Below the pieces are notes generated by a model. The model searched no databases and had not been told where the DNA came from. It was given only the letters and a program-made list of their open reading frames with translations. A program made the translations under genes and the position numbers. From Octopus vulgaris (taxonomy: Eukaryota): DNA of 64,000 nt. Positions 29,357 to 42,920 of the stretch are shown here, piece by piece. The stretch is taken from assembly GCA_951406725.2 (NCBI GenBank), contig OX597832.1:35960001-36024000 (forward strand), in the 5' to 3' direction. The stretch's first letter is position 1; each line of letters opens with the position of its first letter.

Positions 29357-30189
29357 TCAACTGTCTACAAACATAGCCAGGCTGAAGTAATGCATTCTTC
29401 CAGGAGTGAATAAAAAATTCTCAGACTTGAGGGAATGGGCCCTTTAGATACTGACATGGGCCCCCATACATGGATTCTAATGGCGCAGGGGCCCACTTAC
29501 CATCGGGTAAGCTGTCAACCTGGCCAGTGGGCCACTGTATATATGTGGGTGTGCCATACACACACATACATACTCAGACATAAGATATGTATAAATGGAT
29601 GTTCTACAGATTCCGCGTATTTACCAGCTCACATATTCGATTCACAAAGCATTGGTGATTCTGTAGTAAAAGCGGAAGAAACTCGTTCAAGCTACCGACA
29701 GTGAGATCGAACTTGGATCCATGTAGTTTCGGGTCGAATTTTTTCAAATCACATCTTTGGATATAGAACGGTGATTATAGAACGAAAGAAAGATTGCTAG
29801 AGCGAATAATCTTGTAATACACTTCGATAAGAAAATTGTGTTTGGAATGCTTGTTGTATGAGAACATTAATAAAATATTAATGTATTATACAACTACTTT
29901 AACTTCAACTAAAGCCAATTATTGATATTTCGAGAATGTTCTGCAAGAGTTTTCACCAAAATTCTGAGATAAAGTTTCACCCATTTATCAATACAATGTA
30001 TATTAAGTAGCTTCGTTCAGTTTTCATTCGATTTTACATGTCACCTTTAAATACATTTATAGATCATATTGATTTGCTTGTCTGAACATCCAGATTACAT
30101 ACACACAAACACGCGCACATATATACATGTATGTATGTAAATTAGTTTACGTGAGATGGGGCGGAATCACACACCCGTTAAGTGAAACG

Positions 30190-30272
30190 GGTGTAGAACA
30201 AAAGCTCCCCAGGACAAAAGCCCCAAAGTTAAAGTGTAAAAGTGGACACAAGCCCCTCGGACAAAAGCCTCT
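30190..30272 (+). mobile_element. MULE-like terminal repeat fragment
   Basis: Four variants of ggacaaaagcccc within about 80 bp. Confidence 0.4.
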
Positions 30273-31666
30273 CTGTTTTATTTTTCGGTATATTTTGTTT
30301 TTCCCCTTTTACTTGTTTCAGTAATTAGACTGTGGCCATGCTGGGGCACCTCATTGAAGAATTTTTAGTCGAATGTATCGACGCCGGAATCTTTTTTATA
30401 TTTTTACTTGTTGCTGCAGTTATTAGACTATGGTGAAACTGAGAGGATAAATCAGTGGGCTTTCTCTGTGTCAGATCGGAGATCTTCATCAAATACCGCC
30501 ACTTTGACCAATAATTGCTGAAATAATGGGGGATTATAACATCACCTAATTGAATGGATTAATACTTAACTATGTACCATGAGTAATCTCAATCAACAAT
30601 TCTCAATATCTTATATAAAGTTATACTTAATCCAGTGTAAAATATTCCGTCGTCTCTATAGTCTCCAACCATTCATACCGTTAATCCCCGCCAGTAATAG
30701 CAGACAATAATACACTTATTATTGATACTTTCTTAATTTCATCTTAACTTCTTTACTGTATAGCACTTCATTCGCCGCTTTTTAATTAATTTTCTTTACT
30801 AAGTCCTATAGCCTCGTTATTATTATGAGCTATTCCAAGCGAAAACACCTAAAAAGAATCAATACCCGTATGTAATGAGCTATGCTCTTTTGCCATATCT
30901 TTTAAACCATCATACAATATCAAAAACAATGAACGCCGTCGAAAATTAAAATTCACTGATATTTGTGAGTGGTTATGTTTTCAGTTACTTCATGATTGTC
31001 CAGAACTTCTTGTTATGAAACTGTGAGTCAGGATGCAATTTAAACAGAGAAGCAGATCATTAAATATTTTACTGTACTACATGCATTCAATATTTTACTT
31101 TAGCGTGTGTAAACACCCGCTACCCTTTTACAACAGATATTTATGTGTGTGTATGGGTGTATGCAAAAATTCGAGCCGTGTTCCCAGGAAGCATTTCTGC
31201 AAATACCAGCTATCAGGTATTTTATGTAGATCTTTAAAAACGAAACCATTTATGCAAGTAGAAATTCCTTATCAGGTATGTATAAAAGCGCGTGGTGTAA
31301 TGTTTAGAGTGACAGAGTTACGGTCGTTGGTTCGCTTCCAAGAGCGGACGATGCGTTGTGTCCTTGAGCAAGGCAAATCACTTAATGTTGCCGCATTCTA
31401 CACAGCTGAAAGCGAGTATCAACAAAGTGCTGGTTGAACATCCTCACAGTTAAAACACTTAATTTCGTTGCTCTGCGATCACTTCAACATCTGACGTGCG
31501 ACACACCGAGCACCTGTTCAGCAAATGCCGATTTAGTGGAAGGTACGACTAATGCACAAATATTTTATCCCAATAAACCGAGCGTTTGTTCAGCAAGAAA
31601 GTGCAGAACTCTCATCTGTCATCTCCGGCAGGAGAGTCTACCACACACACACACACACACACACAA

Positions 31667-31732
<66 letters not shown>

Positions 31733-32394
31733 GAGATATAAAGTCAGGAAGAAAGAGAGAGACGTACGAAGTACATAGACACCAAGATTAGCTGCAACAA
31801 CTACATTTTGAAACTTAGAGTTTCTAAATAAAATTTTAACAATTAATAATTTGTTGACTTCATTTAACTGACATATTATCAGCAACTTTTCTGGGCAGAA
31901 AATTAATGAGTTCTGAAATTTTAGCTTGAGGTATTCTTGATCATGTTTTGTATAAATTATTAATTAATTCAGAGTGGTGTTGTTGTTGTTCTTGTTATCT
32001 TTCCTTCTTAGTTGTCTTTTTACTTTTTCTTTACTTTTACGCATATTATTTGGTATTAATGTCACGTGTTCTATAGAGTTTTCGCCAGGAGACTGGGTTA
32101 ACCAGAAGAGTAATCGTTTGATTCCATTTTCTTCCTCGATTTATTTTGCTTCCTTAGTTGCGTGACAAACTCTTCCAACTTACATTAACGAGCAATCGTT
32201 CTTTTCTCTTTTCTCTTTTCGACCACTTGCAACTATTAACATACACCCTTCGCCCTTCGTCCTTCTTCACAGATATAATCTTTAATCTTTAATCTCTTAG
32301 TTGCTTCCGTCATTAGAATGCGGCCATGCTGTGGCACTGCCTTGAGGAAGTTTAGCTGAACTAATCGATACCATTATTTACATTATTTACATTC

Positions 32395-32519
32395 AACAGA
32401 TATTTGTCCTCATCTCGTTTGTTGTTAACACAATGTTTCGGCTGATATACCCTTCAGCCTTCTTCCGGTGTCTTGCGGAAATTTCGAACCTGGGTTCTCA
32501 TTGCTACGGTATTTTTCGA

Positions 32520-32522
<3 letters not shown>
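32395..32522 (-). mobile_element. Penelope-like fragment with degenerate hammerhead
   Basis: Minus strand: acac-CGGAAGA-aggctg...cagcc-GAAAC-ATT-gtgt. Stems I and II pair; the core is mutated. Confidence 0.45.
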
Positions 32523-32555
<33 letters not shown>

Positions 32556-32810
32556 GAATTTTTATGAATTAATGTTGCTTTGACAACCAATAAAGCTTCT
32601 GCTACGATTCCAATCTGCGACGATTCCAAACCATAATAGATACATTACCAAGGCTGAACGTTGACTATTGTTTCTTCATAACAAACTCTTGGCTGAATAA
32701 TCTCCAGACTCAAATGTGACCTCTGACCCAATCAAATTATGCTCCGCCAAAGAACCAGAGACATGTTTATTCTATGATCTTTTTTTCCTCTTCTTAATAT
32801 TAGTTGTAAC

Positions 32811-33030
32811 TAAGGCGGTGAGCTAGCAGAACTGTTACCGCGCCGAAAAAAATTGCTTAGCGACATTTCTTCCGACTTTACGTCCTGATTTCAAATCCCG
32901 CCGAGGTCGGCATTGCCTTTCATTCCCTTGAGGTCCATAAAATAAGTACCAGTTGAAGACTGAGGTCGATGTAATTAATTTTTCTCCTTCCCCGAAATTT
33001 CTCGCATTGTATCAAAATTTGAAATCAATA
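32811..33030 (+). mobile_element. SINE family A, near full length
   Basis: Head taaggcggtgagctagcagaa (A-box-like), B-box-like tttcaaatccc, then gccgaggtcg..ttgcctttcat...aataagtaccag. Confidence 0.8.
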
Positions 33031-33039
33031 TTGTATTTA

Positions 33040-33330
33040 AAAGGGTCTTCCTTCGAAGTTGCACGTCCAAAACGACCTTGGTGTTAAAAGTAGTCGGCTG
33101 CTGTTTTGGGACTAATTTGAAGATTTCCACCATTTACTGAAGTCTCTAAGAGATACTCAAACACTTTGAAAATATGTTTCAAAAGGTGGCAGTCGACCAG
33201 GTTGTGATTCAGTTGATGTATTCTTTTCACTAAATTGGTCTATTATTCCGTTGACAGTAGAAAGATTCCAAGATTCCTTGCTATTTGTCGCTGAAACAGT
33301 GCACATAATGACTGATTGACTGATAAACCA
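33040..33330 (-). mobile_element. Tc1 transposase N-terminal HTH remnant
   Basis: Minus strand FQRQIARNLGI / STVNGIIDQFSEK...QPGRLP across a frameshift, resembling the paired-like HTH and GRPR hook. Confidence 0.55.
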
Positions 33331-34089
33331 TCTTCCTTGAAAATATTGAATTTCTTTGGAATCTGTAACCTAGGCAAGTGCTAAACTGAGAATACTAAAT
33401 TCTAAAAGAAAAAATAACGTTGCAAAAATCTTATATGCATACATTTTACGATGCAATAACGGTTATCTATTTCTTGCATATCTGTACACACAAACACACA
33501 CACAGACACACACACATAATCACATATGCACACACAACATGTCTTCACGCATAAAGTATATCTTACACCATATTTACTTTTGTAAACGAAGCGTGTTCCA
33601 AGTATATAAAGTCGGAATGGAAGAGAAGAAATGTGACTCTGCTATTCATTAATTCGACCTTCGCAATATGTATCAGCTGCAATTGTTCAAATGTAAGTCT
33701 ACGTGTCGACACTTCGACCCCAGTTTTATACGCTTAGACTGAAATAAAATTTAACCATCAATTATTTTACATCAAGTTTAGACGAAGTATATTTTATAAG
33801 TTTCTTTTACGCATCGTTATTTAAACCTATCTTTCATTTAACTTATATTTTCAACTTATTTATCATGAAAATAATCGGCTTTTAAAAATGCAGTCACTCT
33901 TAAAACTGGAATTCTCCAGATCTTCACCCCGACACATCCATTTTAATTTCGATACCTTATTATCAGGATTTAGATGGCGAAGTTAATGCTTTTTAGACTT
34001 ATCCAAGAGTTGTTTCCTAACTGAGTTAGACTTCACTTTTAATTACATACACATACAAATATTTACACACATATACACATACCAACACG

Positions 34090-34310
34090 TGTATGCTTAT
34101 GTGTATGTATGCATGTATGTATGTATGTATATATGTATGCATGTATGTATGTATGTATATATGTATGCATGTATGTATGCATAAATGTATGTATGTATGT
34201 ATGCATGTATGTATGTATGTATATATGTATGCATGTATGTATGTATGTATATATGTATGCATGTATGTATGCATAAATGTATGTATGTATGTATGCATGT
34301 ACATGTGTAT
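34090..34310. repeat. (TATG)n microsatellite
   Basis: Seen directly. Confidence 0.95.
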
Positions 34311-34548
34311 GTATTAATGATGGCAGACATTATATTATCGGGCGCCTTGAATAACCTTAAATACTTTATCAGATATCTCAGATATCACATCAAGCTGGAG
34401 AAATACGAAGAGGTAAAATTTGTGGATTTATCAGAAAAAAGTGCGAGTTTGTTGCATGAGAGTTACAAAATAATGTATGTTACTAGTTCTGTGTCCGGTT
34501 AAAATGCTTAGATTTAGTTTGGTTCAGATTTCAGGTAATAAGACGAGA

Positions 34549-34851
34549 TGTGGAGGCACATGGCCTAGTGGTTAAAGCAGTGGACTCGAGGTTGAGGGAC
34601 CGCGGGTTCGAATCTCAGACCGGGCGATGTGTGTTTATGAGCGAAGCACCTAAGCTCCACGCGGCTCCTGGCAGAAGGTAATGGCGAACCTCTGCTGACT
34701 CTTTCGCCACAACTTTCTCTCACTCTTTCCTCCTACATGTAGCAGCTCACCTGCGACGGACCGACGTCCCGTCCAGGTGGGGTACCTATACGCCGAGGAA
34801 ACCGGGAAACTGGCCCTTATGAGCCAGGCATGGCTTGAGAAGGCACAAACA
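34549..34851 (+). mobile_element. tRNA-derived SINE family B
   Basis: A box tggcctagtgg and B box ggttcgaatct; aataagacgagatg appears on both sides as a target-site duplication (34537-34550, 34851-34864). Confidence 0.85.
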
Positions 34852-35609
34852 ATAAGACGAGATGGTGACCAGCGTGGTGAGAAGTCTTAGAATGAGTTGA
34901 GAAGCAGCCATCAGTGACTGACTAACGGAGGTGGGGCATTGCCTGCATCCCTTTCGTGGTGTACAATTGCTTGGGGAACGTTCCCTTCCCTGGGTATCTG
35001 ACCTAATTGGAACGCCAGCAGGTTTGAAAGGAACGTAATGAGTGCGAGTAAAAGCTCTGCATATTCAGTCTGGCTTTGTAGCTGGATGTGAGAGAACGTA
35101 GATACGCGAAGAAGACGGTGGTATTGATTTATTATCGTCTCCCTGATCTTCCTTGTCCTCATTTCTTTGATAAGGGATTTTCAAGTTGGAATATTCTAAG
35201 ACGAATGTTTGGTTCCTTTTTTATTATTATTGACTTTTGTTTTTACTCCTTTATTTCCAGCTTGCATCGAACTCTTTTACTAAATCAATTTATCTCTCTA
35301 TCACATAATGCTTCAAGTATAATGTTCTACTCTAATATGCGTGTGTGCTTATTTGTGTGTGTGTGTGTGTGTGTATATTCATGCATGTGTCTGTGTGCTT
35401 CTGAGTGAGCACGTAAATTGCGTGTATACAAGCGTATGCGTGTGTGTTGGCATAAATGTAAATGTGTTATATGCGTTTCTCTAATTAATCCCAACAAGTT
35501 ACGTAGAAATGAAGCAGTACAATATCTGTTTCATTACCTCACTTTCTGCCAACATCCTTTAAACTGATATAAAAGCTAATGTAACATCAACCCCACCACC
35601 ACCACCACC

Positions 35610-35661
<52 letters not shown>

Positions 35662-36749
35662 CGAACCACAGCAGCAGTATCAACTATAATAATAACAACG
35701 AACAGAAAAGAAGAAGAAATATTTCCAATCGTTTAAACTGACACCCGAATATCTTCCGATAAATCCGAAAACATTTGTTCCAGGGTATCGGTCATGTAAA
35801 CTGTACTAGAAGAGAGCGGTGGGGCGGGGGCAATTAGGTATCGATTAATCGACATGAAGGTCATTGAACCGATGTATGATGTAGGAGTAGAGAAGAGGTG
35901 GATATTTCGATATCGATATAGATTCTAGATACAGTCACACTGAACTGATGCTTAAATCAGCGATGGTAGCGAGGGCGGTGGTGATATTTCAATTTCGGCA
36001 AATATTGTTTATGATTTAGTGTCTCGGCAGGCTCTTTATAGCCACGGTATGTAATATTATATCAGAGATGCTCAACTTTGGTTATGTCAACTTACCATTC
36101 CAATCCTCCAACATCCTCCAATGTTATTGCATCACCATTTCCCGCCACATCATTACGTGACATCATCCTATGTCATTTACCCCCCCCCCCTCATCATCCG
36201 ACAATACTTTACAGACTCACACAATCATCTCGCATCTCCATACCAACAGTAATTCATCGGTTTGATAGCTCACAAGCAATTGATCAAACCCTGACAAACT
36301 TTCATAGAAGTTATACGAATGTAATGCTTCACAAAATGTTCGTTTTCTTTTGCAGAATCACTCAAAGTGTTTGCTACATAGAGCTGTGTAACATACTTTT
36401 ACTTCAAAGATCACTGTCCCACGTTGTTAACACCTCTTTTTATATTTATAGATATACGACGCTTCCTATATCTATAAATATATAATTTGGATTCCTTCGT
36501 ATATCCATCTTCTTCTCCAACATCTTCAGATAATCACAGGCTAGATGGAATGTTCCAATCATGATGATGTGGTCCTCATACCGGCGTGTATTGCTCCATA
36601 CAAGCAGAAACGCCTCTATACACACGTCAAATGTAAAGATGACAAAATGTTGTCCAACTTCTCGTGAAGCTTCTTCTAAGTACTTTGGGCAACCCTGTAT
36701 AACTCTGATGTCTGTGATTGGGTGAGGTATGATCGGATAATACTCAATG

Positions 36750-37185
36750 GTTGTCAGTTGTACAAGAGCATCTCCAGTCAGTGAAACATATTTCCTCCCC
36801 AGCCGGGCACTCTCTGCTTTCTAACAGCACTGTGCAGGCAAACGATGATCCAGGGAAGATTTCTTTGCATTTCTCTCGCAATCGCTCTCTCATCATCATC
36901 ATCCTCAATCAACTTATTGACTACCTCAAATTGTAAAAACTTGCGTTTTCCCATGTAACACTCTGGAAGAGCTTGCTCGAGCACTAATTTCAGTGATCTC
37001 TGCCCTGTTCTTGCGCTCTGCATAGCTGGATGTGTTCCTTCAAGATTGAGCGTGGTTAAAAAACCCATGGGGGTATCTTCCATCCCAGTTTTTTTTTTCT
37101 GGCAACATCATTTTTCTACATGAAAATACCCATTAAAGTAAATCACAAGTGGGTTGCACCATGACCCACCCTAGCCCGTGGCCTA
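36750..37185 (-). mobile_element. Possible piggyBac-like remnant
   Basis: Weak: FLQFEVVNKLI and a Cys-containing tail (ICFTDW) in mixed frames. Confidence 0.2.
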
Positions 37186-37296
37186 AACGTGAGATGAAGT
37201 GTTTTGCTCAAGAACTCAACCCACCACCTGCTCTAAGATTTGAAACCACGATCTCGCGATCGTGAGTGCAACACCCTAACCACAGGACCATGCGTC

Positions 37297-37520
<224 letters not shown>

Positions 37521-38344
37521 TATATATATAATCGTTAAGTTTCATGCCGATGCACACCATCTTCAGATGGATAATAATCAATTTTATTCAAATAACGTTT
37601 ATTTATATTAATATTCAGTATCCATAGTGATGTGTCTTAAATGCCCTTTTAAACTGAATGATAAATATTTTAGATGGGTCTTCAATGAAAAATGCTAACA
37701 AAACAACTGTTCGTAAATAAATTGCGTTTTTCATATAATTATAAAATTCGCGATGGATTTTGAACGAAAAAATATTAACCATATAACGATCCTTCAATGG
37801 CATTCGATGTCCATAGCAACACGTTGCAAACATCTCGTTTGACTTTTAAACCACTTTTTCATTAAACATTCAATATTATGTATCCAAAACTGCTTCAGAT
37901 CTCCATAGATACTTTCCCACAGACCTGTAAATATAGGAAAATATATTTTTAAGGTTACTTTCAGATGGCACACCCCAAAATAAAAGCATTTTATCGATAG
38001 AAAATAAACTTAATAATTCATGAGCAAATAACATTATCTGTAAATAGAGATTCATGCATCCTTATTGGAATGCCAGGATGATTCCTGTTTCTATAGTGGA
38101 AATATGATTTCAAATTCTTAAACCATCGCTACTCTAGTATGACGGGTTGGGTGGGGAGGGCATTTAAGATTCGCTACTTTAATCACATTTGATCATTTCA
38201 GAATGCTTTGAAGAAAATGGCATAGCTCTTAAAGTTATAAATTCGGAATTCATATACTATGGATCAAAAATTGCAACCTTGTGTTGCGAAATATTTCTTT
38301 AAAAAGATCTTTCGTCTTGCAAGTTATTTAGTGACCCCCCACAC

Positions 38345-38640
38345 CCACCCACCAGTGCTGGTGCATCCAGTCCACACTGTAAAGTGGTTGGTGTAAAAAC
38401 AATGCCAAAACAGGCGTCGCCGGTGCTGGTGCCACGTAAAAAGCACTCAGTCCACTCTATAAGGTGGTTGGTGTCAGCAAGGGGATCGAGCCGTAAAAAC
38501 CATGCCAAAACACTGAAGCCTGGTGCAGTCTTCTGCTTAGCCAGTCCCTGTCAAACTGACCAACCCATGACACCATGAAAAGCGTATGTTAAATGATGAT
38601 GATGATGATGATGAGGATGATGATGACAACGACGATGATA
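38345..38640 (+). mobile_element. SINE 3' part with (GAT)n tail
   Basis: Internal duplication of gtgctggtgc...cagtccac.ct.taa.gtggttggtg; ends gttaaatgatgatgat. Confidence 0.6.
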
Positions 38641-38787
38641 TGTGGGTATGTATACATACACACACATATACACATACATATATAAGTATTTAATTGCTAT
38701 TTCTAAATTTCGGTATGTGGTGAAGCAATTTGCTGAACCCTAATTATAATTATGCTTAGAATTATAAAATTACATATATATATATAT

Positions 38788-38849
<62 letters not shown>

Positions 38850-39544
38850 TCCATAACCATGAATCCGATAAAATATATTTTATCAGACTCAACGGTTAAG
38901 GATTAAAATCGTGACCCTCAGATCTTTTGCTTTGAGTTCCTTCTTGTATGCCACCCGTAAATGGTCTTTTGAACTTGTCTTCTTCGTGAATATGCATGTG
39001 AATATCTGTATGTGTGTGTGTGTGTGCGTGCGTGTGTGTGTGTGTATGTATTTATACATGCATGCATACACACAAACATATATGTTCAAACAATGTAAAC
39101 AATGATACAAAAATACAAAAAAACAGAGTCATTAAAATCAGGTGACAATAAAATCAATATATATTATTCGATGCCCTGATTTTAGCGCTGATTTCCCATT
39201 TCGCACGTTTTTCATAATTTATCTCAAATCTTACATTTTGTTGAGCACAGTTTTACGCGAACGAAATTTCTCCTTCAGCGTCAGGGTATTATTACTGCTC
39301 CAATTTTATTGGCGATGCATTGTTTCTTTTCTTTTTGCAGTAATCGTCCCATATATTTTTGAAGCAACCGAATCTTTAAACATATCCTTTCTATCGCTAA
39401 TGATGCTGTTTAAGGTACGAAACCTAAAATCAAGTTTTAGTGTATATTAATGTATATAATGTTTATCGATTTAAATAGTAACATGCTAATTTGTCCATAT
39501 GGTCTATAGGCTACTGGTGTGTGCATGTGATTGTGTGTGTGTGT

Positions 39545-39592
<48 letters not shown>

Positions 39593-40097
39593 CATTGGCT
39601 GAAAGCAATAAGCTGACATAAGGGGATAGAGCTTTAATGAAGTTAAATGAAAAGAAATATTTTTAGGGTTCATGTAAAAACAAATAATAACGATGGGAGA
39701 CAGCAGAAGATAAACGCAAGATGATGGAATCGTAAAAGTAGAACAGAATGTCAGTGACTACAGTTGGAGGTGGTAGATTAGAAAGAAGAATGAGGCGGGG
39801 GAAGAAGAGGAAATTTCAAAAGCTAGGGTTGAATGAAGTAAACTAATTGAAACAAAAGAATGACAGAACAATGAATATGAGGGAGAAAAAGAAGGGAGAG
39901 GTGTATGTGTATGTGTGTAGGGGGTTATGCGCAAGAAATCCCCCCACACACACACACTACACACACACACACATACAGTAAGTAACATGAAATAAGAAAA
40001 CAAATGAGTTAAATACGCAAATAACGAGAGAGAAAAGGGCAAGTAATACAAAGAATGACCCTTCATCAGTTGTCGGTTCTCCATTTGGAGCAATAAG

Positions 40098-40147
<50 letters not shown>

Positions 40148-40355
40148 CGTATGTATATATATATACACATATATATGTATGTATATATGTATATATATGT
40201 ATATTTATAAGTGTGTGTGTACGTATATATGTATACATATATACAGAACGAGTGAGTAAGAGAGTGAGAAAGATAGAGAGAGAGAGAGAAAGAGAGAGTG
40301 AGAGAGAGAGAGAGAGAGAGAAAGAATTAGACTAAATTGTCAAGTGTCAGACACT

Positions 40356-40413
40356 GTTGCTATAGTAACAAGATATGACGTCAAATGGCCGCCATGTAGC
40401 CTAAGACGGAAGT
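40356..40413. promoter_or_regulatory. Promoter-like motif cluster: RFX X-box, CRE, YY1, ETS
   Basis: GTTGCTATAGTAAC (40356-40369), TGACGTCA (40376-40383), AAATGGCCGCCATGT (40383-40397), ACGGAAGT (40406-40413). Confidence 0.6.
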
Positions 40414-41426
40414 TACGTTGACTTTCAGTGAATTCTAAAAATGATTTTGATTTCAGTTGCGAGGAAAGTCATTTGCTTCCAGAATATTTGGATCGGTTTT
40501 ACTGGTCAATCTTTTCGTCGTCGTCGTTGTTGTTGTTGTTGTTTTTTAGCGCCCATCATCTCCAATCAAGATGACTTATAATCTAAAGCGTCCAAACCTT
40601 CACCAGCCTGTTTCTATATCAAGGACTCCATCATCAATGTGTCTTTCATATATCTTAAGATGGTAAAGTGAGATCTGTGGTAAATTGACTCTTATTTCTA
40701 GAAGGTCAAGGGACTATTCAGGCAATCTTCATATCACATGTGCACTCTTCTATATCCCAGCCACGTGAAACGGACGTAAAGCAGTTAATTGGGAACTTTT
40801 GATCCATTTTGAGTATTTTGATCCATTTTTGATCCATTTTGATCCATTTTAAGTATTTTGATCCATTTTTCTGTTACTTGAAGAACTCTAACCTATGCCA
40901 TAGCATTCTCCTGTGCGGGGTTGTGAAAGCTGACATACGAGGAACGACTTGGTGTATTGTGAGATATCACTATATCCATTGTGACATATCACTATATCAT
41001 TGGTCTCAGTGAACATGAATGATGTGGAATAAAACGACCTTTGAGATGTCAGTATCTACAGAAATAATATACTACGATAGAAATGCCTTTCTATCCTGGA
41101 ACAGAATTTACTTCAACAGCGTATAACATGGTTTTCTTAAACTCTGTATAAGTGCTGCATTGCTTGAACGTTAACTGAAATTTTAATAATAATTATAAGA
41201 ATTGTTTCTAATTTAGACACAAGACCAGCATTTTTGGCAGGAGAGTTTTAGTGGATTACCTTAATCCTAATAATTGATACTGGTCCTTTATTTTGTCGAA
41301 CACAGAGGGATGAAAGTCAATGTCGAACTCGGAACTTTAAGAGCCGGAAGAAATACCGCAAATCCACATCCCTTAACAACAACAACAGCAATTAGCCACC
41401 TCCTCCAATATTTCCGGCCTTGTACC

Positions 41427-41685
<259 letters not shown>

Positions 41686-41686
<1 letters not shown>

Positions 41687-41980
41687 TGCCCTGATGCAGT
41701 ACCACGCACTGGCTCGTATGGCTTCTGATCTTAACTGATTAGAAGTGTTACTATGTACATGTTTTGTCTTGGAGAGTAAAACACGGGGCTACAGCAAATA
41801 TTCTGCTCAATACCATAGATTTGCTTGTCAATTGTTTGACCATAACTAGTTGAGCATGTCCCTTCGTGGGTGATAATATGTGCATCTCTGATCACCAGCA
41901 GAAATAGTGGGGGAGCATCATAGCCATGTGTTGAGAAGGAATCCTTGGGGGTTTTAATAATTCACCTCTGGAAACCTGGG
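41686..41980 (+). mobile_element. First half of the TAA-associated element, copy 3
   Basis: atgccctgatgcagtacc...ttcacctctggaaac matches copies 1 and 2. Confidence 0.9.
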
Positions 41981-42310
41981 AAAGAGAAACTGTCTGTTGA
42001 TCGATGTGCCATATTGTTTTCGTAGCACAGTGAGTGGAAAGGAAACAGATAAGACTAATAAGTGCAGATTGGAATTACAGGAAGGTTTGTGTAATAATTA
42101 TCATAGTAAGGTCACTCGGTAGAATGACCATCAGATTGGGGAGAGTATTGATGAAGAAGAGCGTGTTTGAAGTCAACACAACACTACTTCAGAAACCGTG
42201 TTTATTAGGGACAGTGAGAACATGAGAAGATTCCCAGATACCTGAGATCACAAGAAGTGACACGATAACAAGAAAATGCACCAGTCAAATCCCATCTGTA
42301 AAGCAGTGAT
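41981..42310 (+). mobile_element. R4/Dong C-terminal remnant
   Basis: VIIIIVRSLGRM...LLQKPCLLGTVRT, similar to 27099-27300. Confidence 0.7.
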
Positions 42311-42394
42311 AAGGAAGGTGATGAGGAGGAGGAGGAGGAGGAGGAGAAGGAGGAGGAGGAAAGGGAGGAGGACGAGGAAAGAATGCTATCGTTG

Positions 42395-42920
42395 AGTTAG
42401 AGCTGTCCTAAAACTCGAACTTGAAGCGAGAAACATGATTGATGCCAACAATATCTTGGTTATACCTTGTGGTGATTAACAACTTTAATATCATAAAACT
42501 GTCCATCAACAATATAAGTAAAATTAATACAAAAATACAGAAATTTCTCACTACATGCATTACCTGTTAGTAGATGTAAACAGATTAAAACATCTCACGA
42601 AAAGATGGAGGACGAGGGCTGATGTAGCCGCATAGCCTCTGAAGACAACGGCTATTGGGTTATACAGCTATCTACAGAAAACTACTGACTGCAGACTTGA
42701 ACTTGTCTGCAAGTATAAAAAGTGCTAAGAAATCACACTGATATCCCGAGAAGCAGAGAAATATGTAAAGGAATTAAAGATCACCGAGACCGAGGAGCAG
42801 CGAGAAGACATAGACGAATCCACTGTGGAAATACAAGCAAAATGAAATGGAATCTCAGAGCTGCATAATAAATGGTAAGGTAAGGTACTGCATGCTAAAT
42901 GCTCTTCGTCCAATTCAAAA
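42395..42920 (+). mobile_element. R4/Dong post-RT remnant
   Basis: RAVLKLELEARNMIDANNILVIP and MHYLLVDVNRL..SRKDGGRGLM across frameshifts. Confidence 0.7.

Noticed and set aside
34549-34625. tRNA gene
   Set aside because: A and B boxes are present, but the sequence continues into a SINE body with a target-site duplication.
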